DNA of 64,000 nucleotides from an uncultured delta proteobacterium (GTDB lineage: Bacteria > Myxococcota > Myxococcia > Myxococcales > Myxococcaceae). The notes beneath the pieces are model-generated. The model did not search any database. It saw only the letters and a program-made list of their open reading frames with translations, and was not told where the DNA came from. Positions within the stretch are counted from its first letter, which is position 1, and every line of letters starts with the position of its first letter. The position numbers were made by a program, and so were the translations under genes. The DNA is taken from NCBI GenBank assembly GCA_963796055.1, contig CAWCKH010000003.1, positions 64,001 to 128,000 on the forward strand, in the 5' to 3' direction. Below are positions 37,515 to 49,229 of the stretch, one piece after another.

Positions 37515-37592
37515 CCGGGCTGCGTCGCCCGTGTGGGACCGGGCGGCACGACACCGCGACGCGTCAGCCGGCACCCCTAGAGTCGCCGGCGA

Positions 37593-37985
37593 ATGACGAC
37601 ACCCGAGAAGCGAGTCCAGGATCTCCAGGCACGGGCCATCAACGAGCGGATCATCGAGTACGGACTCCGGCGCGGGCTGCTCGACGCACTCCGCCTGTCC
37701 TACGAGCCGGCGAGGGATGGAAGCCTGGTCGTCTACGTCCCGCGTCACCGCGGGCACTGGCGGATCCAGCCCCCCGGCGTGGGTGACCCGTCGGCGATCC
37801 GGGTGATCGCCTTCGGCGACGACGGTCGCGCGGAGATGGGCGTCGTCACCCTCCCGCTCAGCTGGGATGCGGCCGCGTCGGACTGGATTCGATCGGACGA
37901 GACCGAGGAGATCGCGGCGGAGGTCTGGAAGGCGATGGCGTTGCTCGCGCGGGACGCCGGCTGGCTGGTGCCCGCGGCCGCTTAG
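37593..37985 (+). CDS. Hypothetical protein (130 aa)
   Basis: ATG start, TAGAGT -10-like box at 37578-37583, GC3-biased codons; no family recognised. Confidence 0.7.
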   Translation: MTTPEKRVQDLQARAINERIIEYGLRRGLLDALRLSYEPARDGSLVVYVPRHRGHWRIQPPGVGDPSAIRVIAFGDDGRAEMGVVTLPLSWDAAASDWIRSDETEEIAAEVWKAMALLARDAGWLVPAAA

Positions 37986-38128
37986 GCCAGGTCACTTGTC
38001 CAGCCTCGTCACTCACCGTGGATCGCAGCCGCTCCGTCTCGGGCGGCCCGTAGCATTTTCGCGAGAGAGCACGAGACCGAGTTGCCGGACGTTGCGCACG
38101 ACTCGGCGGCGTCGCTCCAGTGGCATCG

Positions 38129-39232
38129 CTACCGCCAGGCACCGCTCTCCGTTCGCGAAACAGCCCGTCGGACTGCCCGCTTCAGCCCGGCGAACGGCAA
38201 CCGTCGAACGGCTTCGTCGACTCCGACCCACTCCGCGGCGTCGTGCTCGGGCCCGGGTTGCGGCTCCAGGGCGGCCGGCCAGTCGACCGCAAAGGCCTCC
38301 TCCTCGAACACCGTCGGAGGCAGCTGATCGCCGAACGCGAAGCTATGCCGGTACGAGAGCGAGCGCACCGAAAGTCGGGCTCCGGTCTCCTCCTCCAGCT
38401 CGCGCCGTGCCGCGGCCTCCGCGGACTCTCCCGGCACCCGCCGACCCGTGACCGGCTGCCAGAAGCCCCCGCGCTCGGGGATGCGGCGTAGCAGGAGCAC
38501 CTCGGGACCCGCTGGTCCGCGGCGAATGGCGGTGACCGAGATCGTGTGGAGACGCGCATCGTCCAAGCGGAGCTCCGCTTCGAGCACCGCACCGAACGCC
38601 CGCGCCAGCGACTCCTCGACGGCGCCGAGGTCCACCGGATGCCCGAGCTCGCGCTCCATCGAGGTCACGCCGGCCTCGCGGATGCCGCAGGGGATGATGA
38701 GCTGGAAGTCGTCCAGCGCCGCGTTCACGTTGAGCGCGAAACCATGGGTGGTGATCCACCGGGCGATGTGGACGCCCACCGCGCCGATCTTCCGTGCGTC
38801 CCCGGCCGACTCGGAGCCTACCCACACCCCCGGCCACCTGGCGATCCGTCCCGCCTCGATGCCGTGCTCGGCCAGCGCGCGGATCATCCCCTCCTCCACG
38901 CTCCGCACGTGGCGGCGCACGTCCTTCCGGTCCGGGGCGAGGTCCAGGATGGGGTAGCCGACGATCTGCCCCGGACCGTGGTAGGTGACCTCGCCGCCGC
39001 GGTCGGTCTCGTGCACCTCCACCCCGCTCGCCTCGAGCACCTCGGGGCCCGCCAGCACGTCGGCCCGGCTCGCCCCACGGCCGAGCGTAAGGACCGGAGG
39101 GTGCTCCAGGAGGAGCAGCACGTCCCCGACCTTCCCCTCCTTGCGCGCACGGGCGAACAGCGCCTGCATCCGGAGCCCGTCCTCGTACTCCACGCGGCCC
39201 AGGCGGTGGACGGTCAGCGTGCGTCCGCTCAT
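38129..39232 (-). CDS. lipB: Octanoyltransferase LipB fused to a C-terminal NUDIX hydrolase domain
   Basis: LEHPPVLTLGR, DRGGEVTYHGPGQIVGYP, KIGAVG, HGFALN, IPCG; then WQPVTG..GES..AARRELEEETG NUDIX box. Confidence 0.93.
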   Translation of the reverse strand: MSGRTLTVHRLGRVEYEDGLRMQALFARARKEGKVGDVLLLLEHPPVLTLGRGASRADVLAGPEVLEASGVEVHETDRGGEVTYHGPGQIVGYPILDLAPDRKDVRRHVRSVEEGMIRALAEHGIEAGRIARWPGVWVGSESAGDARKIGAVGVHIARWITTHGFALNVNAALDDFQLIIPCGIREAGVTSMERELGHPVDLGAVEESLARAFGAVLEAELRLDDARLHTISVTAIRRGPAGPEVLLLRRIPERGGFWQPVTGRRVPGESAEAAARRELEEETGARLSVRSLSYRHSFAFGDQLPPTVFEEEAFAVDWPAALEPQPGPEHDAAEWVGVDEAVRRLPFAGLKRAVRRAVSRTESGAWR

Positions 39233-40347
39233 CGCGACGCCCACCAGCGCAGCAGCAGCGCATGCAGCGCATGAGCAGCGCGCGCCGACCGCACTGACAG
39301 ACGGAGCGCCTCCTCCAGCGCATCGGGCTGTGCCGGGGAGCCGTCGGGAGCCCGCCACCACCCGGCCAGCAGACGGAGCTCGTCCTCACCGGGCGCCCGG
39401 AAGCACTCCAGGGCGAGCCCGTCGAGCACCGGTCCGGGGAGCCAGCTCCCCGCGAGCGACTCCACCTGCTCGGGCGCGTGCACCCGGCGACCCCCGATCT
39501 TCTCCCCGGGCTCGGGCAAGGTGGCGTCGAGGGCCAGGACCATCGGCCGGGTCCGCAGCACCCGTGCCAGCTGACGGCGGGCCGCGGGCTCGAGCCGGTC
39601 CACGTCGTCCACCAGGAGCGCACCGTACTCCGGGAGCGGCTCGGTGCCGTCCCACGACGTCCCGAGGCCACGCGACGCCCAGGTGTGGAGCCAGGTCGTC
39701 TTCCCGCTTCCCGCCGCACCCACCAGCAGCACCCGGGCATGGCCCGCGGCCAGGGCGGCCTCGATGCGTTTCACCGCCTCGGCCTGGGTGGGCAGGGGCT
39801 CGGGGAGTGCCCCGGAGGTCCCCGTCCGATTCGGTATCTGGGAGGCGCTTCCACGCACAGAACCGGTCGGTCTCGCCTCGCCCGTTGCCGCCGGCCGCTC
39901 CGGATCCACGGACGGACCCACCCCGGCGAGCAACGACGCCGCGAGCTCGACGCATCCCCTGCACACGTAGGCCTGTGCCGGCCCGGCAACCAGTGCCCCG
40001 ACCTCGCGGGAGGGACGGCAGCAGAAGCTGCACCAGGCCTCGAGCGCCGGGTCGGCGAGCGTGGGCGTCCGCTCCACCAGCGCTCGGTCGAGCCCAGGCA
40101 GTGGCTCGTGCCCGTTCGCGGTCTCGGAGCGGCCGTTCCCGCCTCCCGGTGGCTCTTCCACCCCGCGCGCTGCGGCCCGGGCCGCCGGGCCCAGCCGGTC
40201 CAGGTGGCGCCGCATCTGCGCCGCCCGCGCGGTGTGCCCGGTGGACTCGTAGACCCGGGCCGCCTGCTCCAGCAGCGCACCGGCCCGGGCGAGGTCTCCT
40301 TCTCGCTCCGCCGCCTGCGCCGACTGCAGCAGCTGTCGCGGGTTCAC
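39229..40347 (-). CDS. ClpX C4-type zinc-finger protein with degenerate P-loop domain
   Basis: WCSFCCRPSREVGALVAGP..YVCRGCV; GAAGSGKT; LLVDDVDRL; 4-bp overlaps with both neighbours. Confidence 0.75.
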   Translation of the reverse strand: MNPRQLLQSAQAAEREGDLARAGALLEQAARVYESTGHTARAAQMRRHLDRLGPAARAAARGVEEPPGGGNGRSETANGHEPLPGLDRALVERTPTLADPALEAWCSFCCRPSREVGALVAGPAQAYVCRGCVELAASLLAGVGPSVDPERPAATGEARPTGSVRGSASQIPNRTGTSGALPEPLPTQAEAVKRIEAALAAGHARVLLVGAAGSGKTTWLHTWASRGLGTSWDGTEPLPEYGALLVDDVDRLEPAARRQLARVLRTRPMVLALDATLPEPGEKIGGRRVHAPEQVESLAGSWLPGPVLDGLALECFRAPGEDELRLLAGWWRAPDGSPAQPDALEEALRLSVRSARAAHALHALLLRWWASR

Positions 40348-41585
40348 GCCATCTCGAGCAGGAGCGACTCGGGGTGCTCGAGCAGCTGCACCAGCGCTCC
40401 GACCGCCTCCGCGGCCACCAGGCCGTCGATGACCCGGTGGTCGAACGACAGCGAGACGTTCATCGTCTCGCGCACCACGATCTGGTCATCCTCGTCGACC
40501 ACCGGCCGCTTGCGGATCCGGTGCACGCCCAGGATGGCCACCTCGGGGTAGTTGATGATCGGCATGGCGAACAGCCCACCGTTCGCCCCCAGCGAGGTGA
40601 TGGTGAACGTTCCGCCGGACAGCTCGTCGAGCTTCAGCGTCTTGTCCCGGGCGCCCGCGGCCAGCCGGGAGATCTCCTCCGCCAGCTGACGGACGGTGAG
40701 CCGGTCCACGTCCTTCACCACCGGGACGGTCAACCCCTCGTCGGTGGCCGCGGCGATACCGAAGTTGAACGACCCGCGCTGCACCAGCTCCTGCGCCGCG
40801 TCGTCGAAGTTGGCGTTCAGCGACGGGTACCTCCGGAACACCGGCACCAGTGCCTTGCAGATGAACGGAAGGAAGGACACCTTGAGGGTGTCGCCGGAGG
40901 CGCCGAGCGAGGCGTTCAGCCGCTTGCGCAGCGCCACCAGCTCGGAGACGTCGACCTCCTCCACGAACAGCGAGTGCGGCGCGGTGAACTTGCTCCGCAC
41001 CATCTTCTCCGCGATCTTTCGCCGCAGCCCGCGGATGGGGATGCGCTGGTCCGCACCGGCCGAGGGCAGAGGAACCAGCTTCGCCCGCGGAGGCGCCTGT
41101 ACCGGCTCGGGCGCCCGGCCCAGATCCAGCGCCGCCTGCACGTCCGCCTTTAGCACCCTGCCCTGCGGCCCGGTCCCGGAGATCGCCGCCAGGTCGATCC
41201 CGTGCTCGCGGGCCATCCGCCGCGTCACCGGGGTGGCCAGCACCTTCGATGCCTCGACCGCGCGGGCCGGGGCAGTCGCGGCGCTGGAGGCCGCGGGCGC
41301 AGGAGCCGCCGGAGCAGCAGCCACTGCCGCCGCCGGGGCGCCACCCGAGACCTCCAGGGTGAGCAGCGGATGGTGGACCTTGGCGATCTCCCCCTCCTTG
41401 CCATGGAGGGAGACCACCTTCCCCGCCCTGGGCGCGGGCACGCTCACCGTGGCCTTGTCGGTCATCAGCTCGACGACGTTCTGGTCCTCCTCGACCGTGT
41501 CACCGGGCTGCACCAGCCACTTGACGATCTCCCCCTCGACGACGCCTTCCCCGAGGTCCGGAAGCTTGAATTCGAACGTGGCCAC
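40344..41585 (-). CDS. Dihydrolipoamide acyltransferase (E2) of a 2-oxoacid dehydrogenase
   Basis: Lipoyl domain MTDKA, E3-binding ATPVTRRMARE..GTGPQGRV, catalytic FDHRVIDG. Confidence 0.95.
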   Translation of the reverse strand: MATFEFKLPDLGEGVVEGEIVKWLVQPGDTVEEDQNVVELMTDKATVSVPAPRAGKVVSLHGKEGEIAKVHHPLLTLEVSGGAPAAAVAAAPAAPAPAASSAATAPARAVEASKVLATPVTRRMAREHGIDLAAISGTGPQGRVLKADVQAALDLGRAPEPVQAPPRAKLVPLPSAGADQRIPIRGLRRKIAEKMVRSKFTAPHSLFVEEVDVSELVALRKRLNASLGASGDTLKVSFLPFICKALVPVFRRYPSLNANFDDAAQELVQRGSFNFGIAAATDEGLTVPVVKDVDRLTVRQLAEEISRLAAGARDKTLKLDELSGGTFTITSLGANGGLFAMPIINYPEVAILGVHRIRKRPVVDEDDQIVVRETMNVSLSFDHRVIDGLVAAEAVGALVQLLEHPESLLLEMA

Positions 41586-41613
41586 GGCGCTGTCAGCTCC
41601 TCGCAGGGACCGG

Positions 41614-42534
41614 TCAGGCGTGCCGGCCCTGCTCCATGAGACCCTTCATGAAGAACTCGGCCGCGCGGTAGCTGCTGCGGACCAGAGGACCCGAGGCGAC
41701 GTACAGGAAACCCATGCTCTCCGCCACCTGCTTGTAGCGCGCGAAGTCGGCCGGTGGAACGAAGCGCGCCACCCGGAGGTGGTACTGCGAGGGCTGGAGG
41801 TACTGCCCGAGCGTCAGCACGTCGACCCCGGCCTGGCGCAGGTCGCGGAAGGTCTGGAACAGCTCCTCGTCACGCTCGCCCAGCCCCACCATGATCGAGC
41901 TCTTGCTGTACAGCCGCTCCGGCCGGTCCTTGAGGTAGCGCAACACCCGGAGGCTCTGGCGGTAGCTGGCGCGCCGGTCACGCACCGTGGGAGTGAGCCG
42001 CTCCACGGTCTCGATGTTGTGGGCCACCACGTGCGGCCGGGCCTCGGCCACCGTGGCCAGGTCGCGCTCCACGCCTTTGAAGTCGGGGATGAGCACCTCG
42101 ACGGTGGTCCTCGGGCTCTCCCGCCGCAGCGCGGAGATCGCCGCCGCGAAGTGGCTGGCCCCACCGTCCGGTCTATCGTCGCGGTTGACGCTGGTCACCA
42201 CGATGTACTCCAGCGACAGCGCGCGGACGGCCCGGGCGAGGTTCTCCGGCTCCTCTGGGTCCAGGGGCGGCGGGGCGCCGACCTTCACGTGGCAGAACCG
42301 GCAGGCCCGGGTGCAGACCTCGCCCATGAGCATGACCGTCGCCGTGCCCCCGCCCCAGCACTCGGCGATGTTGGGGCAGCGGGCCTCCTCGCAGACGGTG
42401 GCCAGGCCGGTCTTCCGGACGATGGCCTTGACCCGCTCGTACTCCTCCCCGTGCGGCATCCGGACCTTCAGCCACTCGGGCTTGCGGGTGCTCTCGGCGA
42501 CCTGGGGGAGCGCAAATCGATCGGGCGTTGCCAT
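41614..42534 (-). CDS. lipA: Lipoyl synthase
   Basis: KPEWLK, CEEARCPNIAECW, CTRACRFC, GQYLQP, PLVRSSY. Confidence 0.97.
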   Translation of the reverse strand: MATPDRFALPQVAESTRKPEWLKVRMPHGEEYERVKAIVRKTGLATVCEEARCPNIAECWGGGTATVMLMGEVCTRACRFCHVKVGAPPPLDPEEPENLARAVRALSLEYIVVTSVNRDDRPDGGASHFAAAISALRRESPRTTVEVLIPDFKGVERDLATVAEARPHVVAHNIETVERLTPTVRDRRASYRQSLRVLRYLKDRPERLYSKSSIMVGLGERDEELFQTFRDLRQAGVDVLTLGQYLQPSQYHLRVARFVPPADFARYKQVAESMGFLYVASGPLVRSSYRAAEFFMKGLMEQGRHA

Positions 42535-42623
42535 GGCGACAGACCGGGGATAACGGCCGAGCCGGGTGAGGGTCAAGAATCCCCCCTCGGTCAGACGTTT
42601 CACCCACCCCGGGTCGTCCACGC

Positions 42624-44027
42624 TCAGATGTGGATGGGCGTCCCGAGGGTCGCCTCCGCACCCTCCTTCACGATCTCCGACAAGGTCGGGTGGGCGTGGA
42701 TGGTTCGCCCCAGCTCCTCGGTGGTGATCTCCAGCCGGAGCGCGACGCAGGCCTCGGCGAGCAGCTCGGTGGCGTGCGGCCCCACCATGTGGACCCCCAG
42801 CACCTCGTCGTACTTCTTGTCGCTCACCACCTTGATCATCCCTATCCCCTCGTCGGTGATCTTCGCCTTGAGGACGGCGCTGAAGGGGAAGGTGCCGGTC
42901 TTCACCTCGTAGCCGCGCTCCTTGGCCTTCTTCTCGGTCAGTCCCACCGAGGCGACCTCGGGGTAGCAGTAGGTGGCGGAGGGCGTGAGGTCGTAGTTGA
43001 TGGGGTGCACTTCCTTCCCGGCGACGTGCTCCACCGCCAGGATCCCCTCGGCCGAGGCCATGTGGGCCAGCATCGGGCCGGGAATCACGTCGCCGATGGC
43101 ATAGACGTTGGGCTCGGTGGTGCGCATGAAGTCGTCCACGGGGATGAAGCCGCCCTTGTCCGGCTTGATGCTCGTCACCTCCAGCCCCACCCCTTCGGTC
43201 ACCGGGCTCCGGCCCACCGCGGAGAGGAGGGTCGCCGCCTCGAGCGTCTTGCTCCCCGAGGGGGTATCCATGGTCACCTTCACGCCCTTGGGCCCGGGCT
43301 CCACCTTCTGGACACGGGCGGAGAGCTCGTAGCCAATCTTCCGCCGGCGGAACTGTCGCTCCAGCTCCTTGCTCGCGTCCTCGTCCTCGATGGGCAACAG
43401 ATGGGGGAGGAACTCGAGGATGGTCGTCTCGCTCCCCACGTGGTTGAAGATCGAGGCGAACTCGCAACCCACCGCGCCGGCGCCGAGCACCAGGATGCTC
43501 TTCGGAATCTCGGCGACTTCGAGAATCGAGTCGGAGTTGTAGACCAGCTTGTGGTCCACCGGGACGTTGGGGAGCGACTTGGGGATCGATCCGGTGGCGA
43601 TGACGATGTTCCTGGTCTCCAGCATCTGCTTGCCGCCACCCTCGGCCAGGGTGACCTCGACCTTGCCCTTCCCGACGATGCGTCCGTGGCCTTTCACCAC
43701 CTGGATCTTGTTCTTCTTCATCAGATAGTCGATGCCGTTGGCCCCGCCGGTGACGACCTTGGTCTTGTGCTTCATCGCCGCGGGCCAGTTGATGGTGGGC
43801 GACTTGAGGTCGATGCCGAACTCGGCCGCCTCCTGGATGTGCGCGTAGAGCTCGGCGGTCCAGAGCAGAGCCTTGGTGGGGATACACCCCCGGTGAAGGC
43901 AGGTACCTCCCAGCCGCTTGTCGCGCTCGACGATGGCCGTCTTGAGGCCCAGCTGCCCGGCGCGGATCGCGGCCACGTACCCGCCGGGTCCCGAGCCGAT
44001 GATCACCACGTCCAGAATGTCAGCCAC
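42624..44027 (-). CDS. lpdA: Dihydrolipoyl dehydrogenase
   Basis: GSGPGGY, GGTCLHRGCIP.K, GAGAVGCE, HAHPTLSE; GTG at 44027 with GGAGG RBS. Confidence 0.96.
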   Translation of the reverse strand: MADILDVVIIGSGPGGYVAAIRAGQLGLKTAIVERDKRLGGTCLHRGCIPTKALLWTAELYAHIQEAAEFGIDLKSPTINWPAAMKHKTKVVTGGANGIDYLMKKNKIQVVKGHGRIVGKGKVEVTLAEGGGKQMLETRNIVIATGSIPKSLPNVPVDHKLVYNSDSILEVAEIPKSILVLGAGAVGCEFASIFNHVGSETTILEFLPHLLPIEDEDASKELERQFRRRKIGYELSARVQKVEPGPKGVKVTMDTPSGSKTLEAATLLSAVGRSPVTEGVGLEVTSIKPDKGGFIPVDDFMRTTEPNVYAIGDVIPGPMLAHMASAEGILAVEHVAGKEVHPINYDLTPSATYCYPEVASVGLTEKKAKERGYEVKTGTFPFSAVLKAKITDEGIGMIKVVSDKKYDEVLGVHMVGPHATELLAEACVALRLEITTEELGRTIHAHPTLSEIVKEGAEATLGTPIHI

Positions 44028-44106
44028 GATCGTCCATCCTCCTTGCACCGAGGAGGTGCGCGGCGGCATTAACCTTCCGTTTCCACCCGATCAAGCACAG
44101 ACCGTC

Positions 44107-44334
44107 ATGGCGTCGATGCGGCCATTGCTCACCACTCCCCCCACCCGATCCGGCGGTCCGCGCCGCTTCCCGCTCCGCACCATCCTCCTGATGGTGCTGG
44201 CGCTGATCGTCTTCGCCCGGCTCTGGTGGATCACCCATCACCGGGCCCCGCCTCCCCCGCCCTCAGTCACCGGTCCCCAGCAGCCGCACCCGCCGATCCC
44301 AGTCCGCCCGCTGGCGCCGGGGGAACAGCGCTGA
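44107..44334 (+). CDS. Small single-TM proline-rich protein
   Basis: RFPLRTILLMVLALIVFARLWW TM segment; TGATG coupling to thiO. Confidence 0.65.
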   Translation: MASMRPLLTTPPTRSGGPRRFPLRTILLMVLALIVFARLWWITHHRAPPPPPSVTGPQQPHPPIPVRPLAPGEQR

Positions 44335-45438
44335 TGGAGGTCCTGGTCGTCGGCGCCGGGGTGGTGGGCTGCGCGGTCGCCTGGCGTCTGCAGCAGGCCG
44401 GCGCGCGGTGCACCGTGCTCGAGCGGAGCATTCCCGGCGCGGAGGCCTCGAGCGCGGCCGGAGGCATCCTCGCCCCGCAGGCCGAGGCCGACGGTCCGGG
44501 CCCCTTCCTCGAGCTGTGCCTGGCGAGCCGTGCGCTGTACCCGGCGTTCGTCCGCGAGCTCCGGGAGACGAGCGAGGTGGACGTCGCCTTCCGGCCCTGC
44601 GGCGTGCTCGGGGTGCAGTTCGACCAGGCCGGGGTCGACGAGGCGCAGCAGCGGATCGGCTGGCAGCGGGCGCGCGGGCTCGAGGCGACCTGGCTCGACC
44701 GCGCGAGCGCGCGCTCCCTCGAGCCCGAGCTCTCGGACGAGATCCGGGGTGCGGCGCACTTCCCCGGGGACGCGGTGGTGGACAACCGCCTGCTGGTCTC
44801 GGCGCTCACCATCGCCGCGGCGCGCACCGGAGCGCGGTTCGTCACCACCCAGGTGCACGGGCTGATCGAGCGCGGTGGGCGAATCGCCGGGGTGGCCACG
44901 GATGGGGGCGAGCTCGGCGGCGACGCGGTCGGTGATCGCCGCCGGCGCGTGGACCGCGCTGGTGCCGGGAGCGCTTGCCTCGCCGGCGGCGGTGCGACCG
45001 GCGCGAGGACAGATGGTCATGGTACGAGCACGGGTGCCGATCTGCCGACATGTGGTGTTCGGGGCGCACGGGTACGCCGTTCCGCGAACCGACGGCCGGG
45101 TCATCTTCGGAAGCACGATGGAGTTCGCCGGCTTCGAGAAGCAGGTGACTGCGGGGGGGCTGGCCACGGTGCTGGGAGTGGGACTGCGTCTCTTTCCGGG
45201 GCTGGCGGGCGCTCCTGTGGTAGAAACCTGGGCCGGTTTCCGGCCGCATACGCCGGATGGGCTGCCCGTGCTCGGGGCTGCGCCGCTTCCCGGTCTGTTC
45301 CTCGCCAGCGGACATTTCCGCAACGGCATTCTCCTGACTCCGATCACTGCCAACGTGCTCACCGAGACAATCCTGGGACTCGCACCGTCGATCGATCTGA
45401 CCCCGTTCCGGGTCGACCGGAAGGCGCTTACACTGTGA
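44334..45438 (+). pseudogene. thiO: Glycine oxidase ThiO-like FAD oxidoreductase, +1 frameshift near 44931 (may be a sequencing indel)
   Basis: VGAGVVG, ASSAAGGIL in one frame; AAGAW, PARGQ, WAGFRP, GHFRNGILL in the next; removing one G gives DAVVIAAGAW; span is 3n+1. Confidence 0.85.
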
Positions 45439-45516
45439 CAGCCGTGAACGTGACCACGGGCGACCCCGAGGGGGTCGACGTCGCCCCCTGGCAGTGGCGA
45501 GAGGCGGGGCCCTAGG

Positions 45517-46701
45517 ATGCACCTCGTGGACAACCTGGCTGCGCCGACCCGCATCCTGATCGTCGACGATGATGCCTCCGTCCGCGATGTGATCTCCGTG
45601 CTCCTCCAGGAGGAGGGCTACGAATGCCGCACCGCCAGCTCCGCCGAGGCGGCGCTGGACGTGGCGGCGAGCGAGATGCTGCCGCTGGTGATCAGCGACA
45701 TGAAGATGCCGGGCCGCGACGGCATCTGGCTGCTCGAGGCCTTCCGCGAGCGCCATCCCGAGACCGCGGTGATCATGCTCACCGGATATGGCGACACCGA
45801 GGCGGCGGTGGACTGCCTGCGGCGTGGCGCGGTGGACTACCTGCTCAAGCCACCGAAGCTGACCGACCTGATCCGTGCCATCGAGCGCGCGCTGGCCAAG
45901 CGGCGTATCGAGCTGGCCCGGAAGCGCTACCAGAAAAAGCTGGAGCGGAAGGTGCGGGATCGCACCGGCGAGCTGAGGACCGCGCTGCGGAACATCCAGG
46001 GCACGTACCAGACCACGCTGCTGGCACTGGTGCGGGCGCTGGACGCGCGCGAGCACGAGACAAGCGACCACAGCCAGCGGGTGGTGAAGTACACCGAGGC
46101 CATCGCCGAGCGGCTGGGGCTGCGAGGCCCGGAGCTGGAGGAGATCGGCCGCGGCGCCCTGCTCCACGACATCGGGAAGATCGGCGTGCCGGACGCGGTG
46201 CTGCTCAAGCCGGCCAAGCTGACCCCCGAGGAGTGGAAGGAGATGCGGCGGCACCCGGACATCGGCTACGACATGATCCGGAGCATCGAGTTCCTCAACA
46301 TCCCGGCGGCCATCGTCCTCAGCCACCAGGAGCGCTTCGACGGACGCGGCTATCCCCGCTGCCTCCGCGGCGAGGAGATCCACATCGGAGCGCGGGTCTT
46401 CGCCGTGGCCGACACGCTGGACGCGATGACCTCGGACCGTCCGTACCGCAAGGGCACCACGTTCGAGAACGCGGTCGACGAGATCCAGCGCTGCGCGGGC
46501 TCACAGTTCGACCCCGAGGTGGTGCGGGCGTTCATGGACCTCGGGGTGAAGAACCTCCGGCGGATCAAGGAAGACATGGCCGCGGCCAAGGCCCGTGAAG
46601 CCGGGGAGATCGAGCAGGACGCGCGCGACGCCGAGGAAGCGATGGACCGCGCGCTGGACTCGGTCGAGCTGGCCTCCCGTCTCGCCCAGGGGCAGCGGTA
46701 A
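45517..46701 (+). CDS. Response regulator with HD-GYP phosphodiesterase domain
   Basis: ILIVDDD, SDMKMPG, YLLKP; HS.RV, LHDIGK, HQERFDGRGYP, DAMTSDRPY, GSQFDP. Confidence 0.95.
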   Translation: MHLVDNLAAPTRILIVDDDASVRDVISVLLQEEGYECRTASSAEAALDVAASEMLPLVISDMKMPGRDGIWLLEAFRERHPETAVIMLTGYGDTEAAVDCLRRGAVDYLLKPPKLTDLIRAIERALAKRRIELARKRYQKKLERKVRDRTGELRTALRNIQGTYQTTLLALVRALDAREHETSDHSQRVVKYTEAIAERLGLRGPELEEIGRGALLHDIGKIGVPDAVLLKPAKLTPEEWKEMRRHPDIGYDMIRSIEFLNIPAAIVLSHQERFDGRGYPRCLRGEEIHIGARVFAVADTLDAMTSDRPYRKGTTFENAVDEIQRCAGSQFDPEVVRAFMDLGVKNLRRIKEDMAAAKAREAGEIEQDARDAEEAMDRALDSVELASRLAQGQR

Positions 46702-46958
46702 CTCCCGGCAGGAGCCCGACGTGGTTACTCCCGGGCTGTACCCGGTGGCGCTCGCGAGTAGCCAGGGCACGTGGGCCACGTACGAGCTACGCCAGGAGGG
46801 CGGAGGCGTGCTTCTTCGCGCGCTCTCGGGACGGCTCGAGCTCCGCCAGCTCGAACAGAGGCTCACGGAGGGCACCCTCGACGTCTCGCTCCAGGACGGC
46901 ACGCGGATGCAGGGCGACTTCTTACGCCCTTCCCTGCCCGTCGGGCTCCTGACCTCGG

Positions 46959-48950
<1,992 letters not shown>

Positions 48951-49229
48951 CTACACGAGCCAGCCGCACCCGTGGGACTCGACCCACGCCGCCGCCGTTC
49001 GTTACGCGACGGCGCCAAGGGTTCGCCCGCGGTGAAGCCCGGACGAGCCTCGCTCAACGGGGCCCAGGCCATCTGCGTTCAAGCCTACGCGCGCTGTCGC
49101 GCTCGCCGGAGCGCCGGGCCATCCGCGCGCCCGCGGCCCGGAACCGATGCCGACCCGCGGCGGCCGGAGAGCGTGCTCGACGACCTTCTCCGCGCTCCAC
49201 TTCGTCCGTCCAGGGCGGGCCGGTGTCGG

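Noticed and set aside
45517..46701. HD-GYP regulator and the PilZ gene (63157-63504) as one c-di-GMP module
   Set aside because: They are 16 kb apart and both families are common; nothing in the sequence links them
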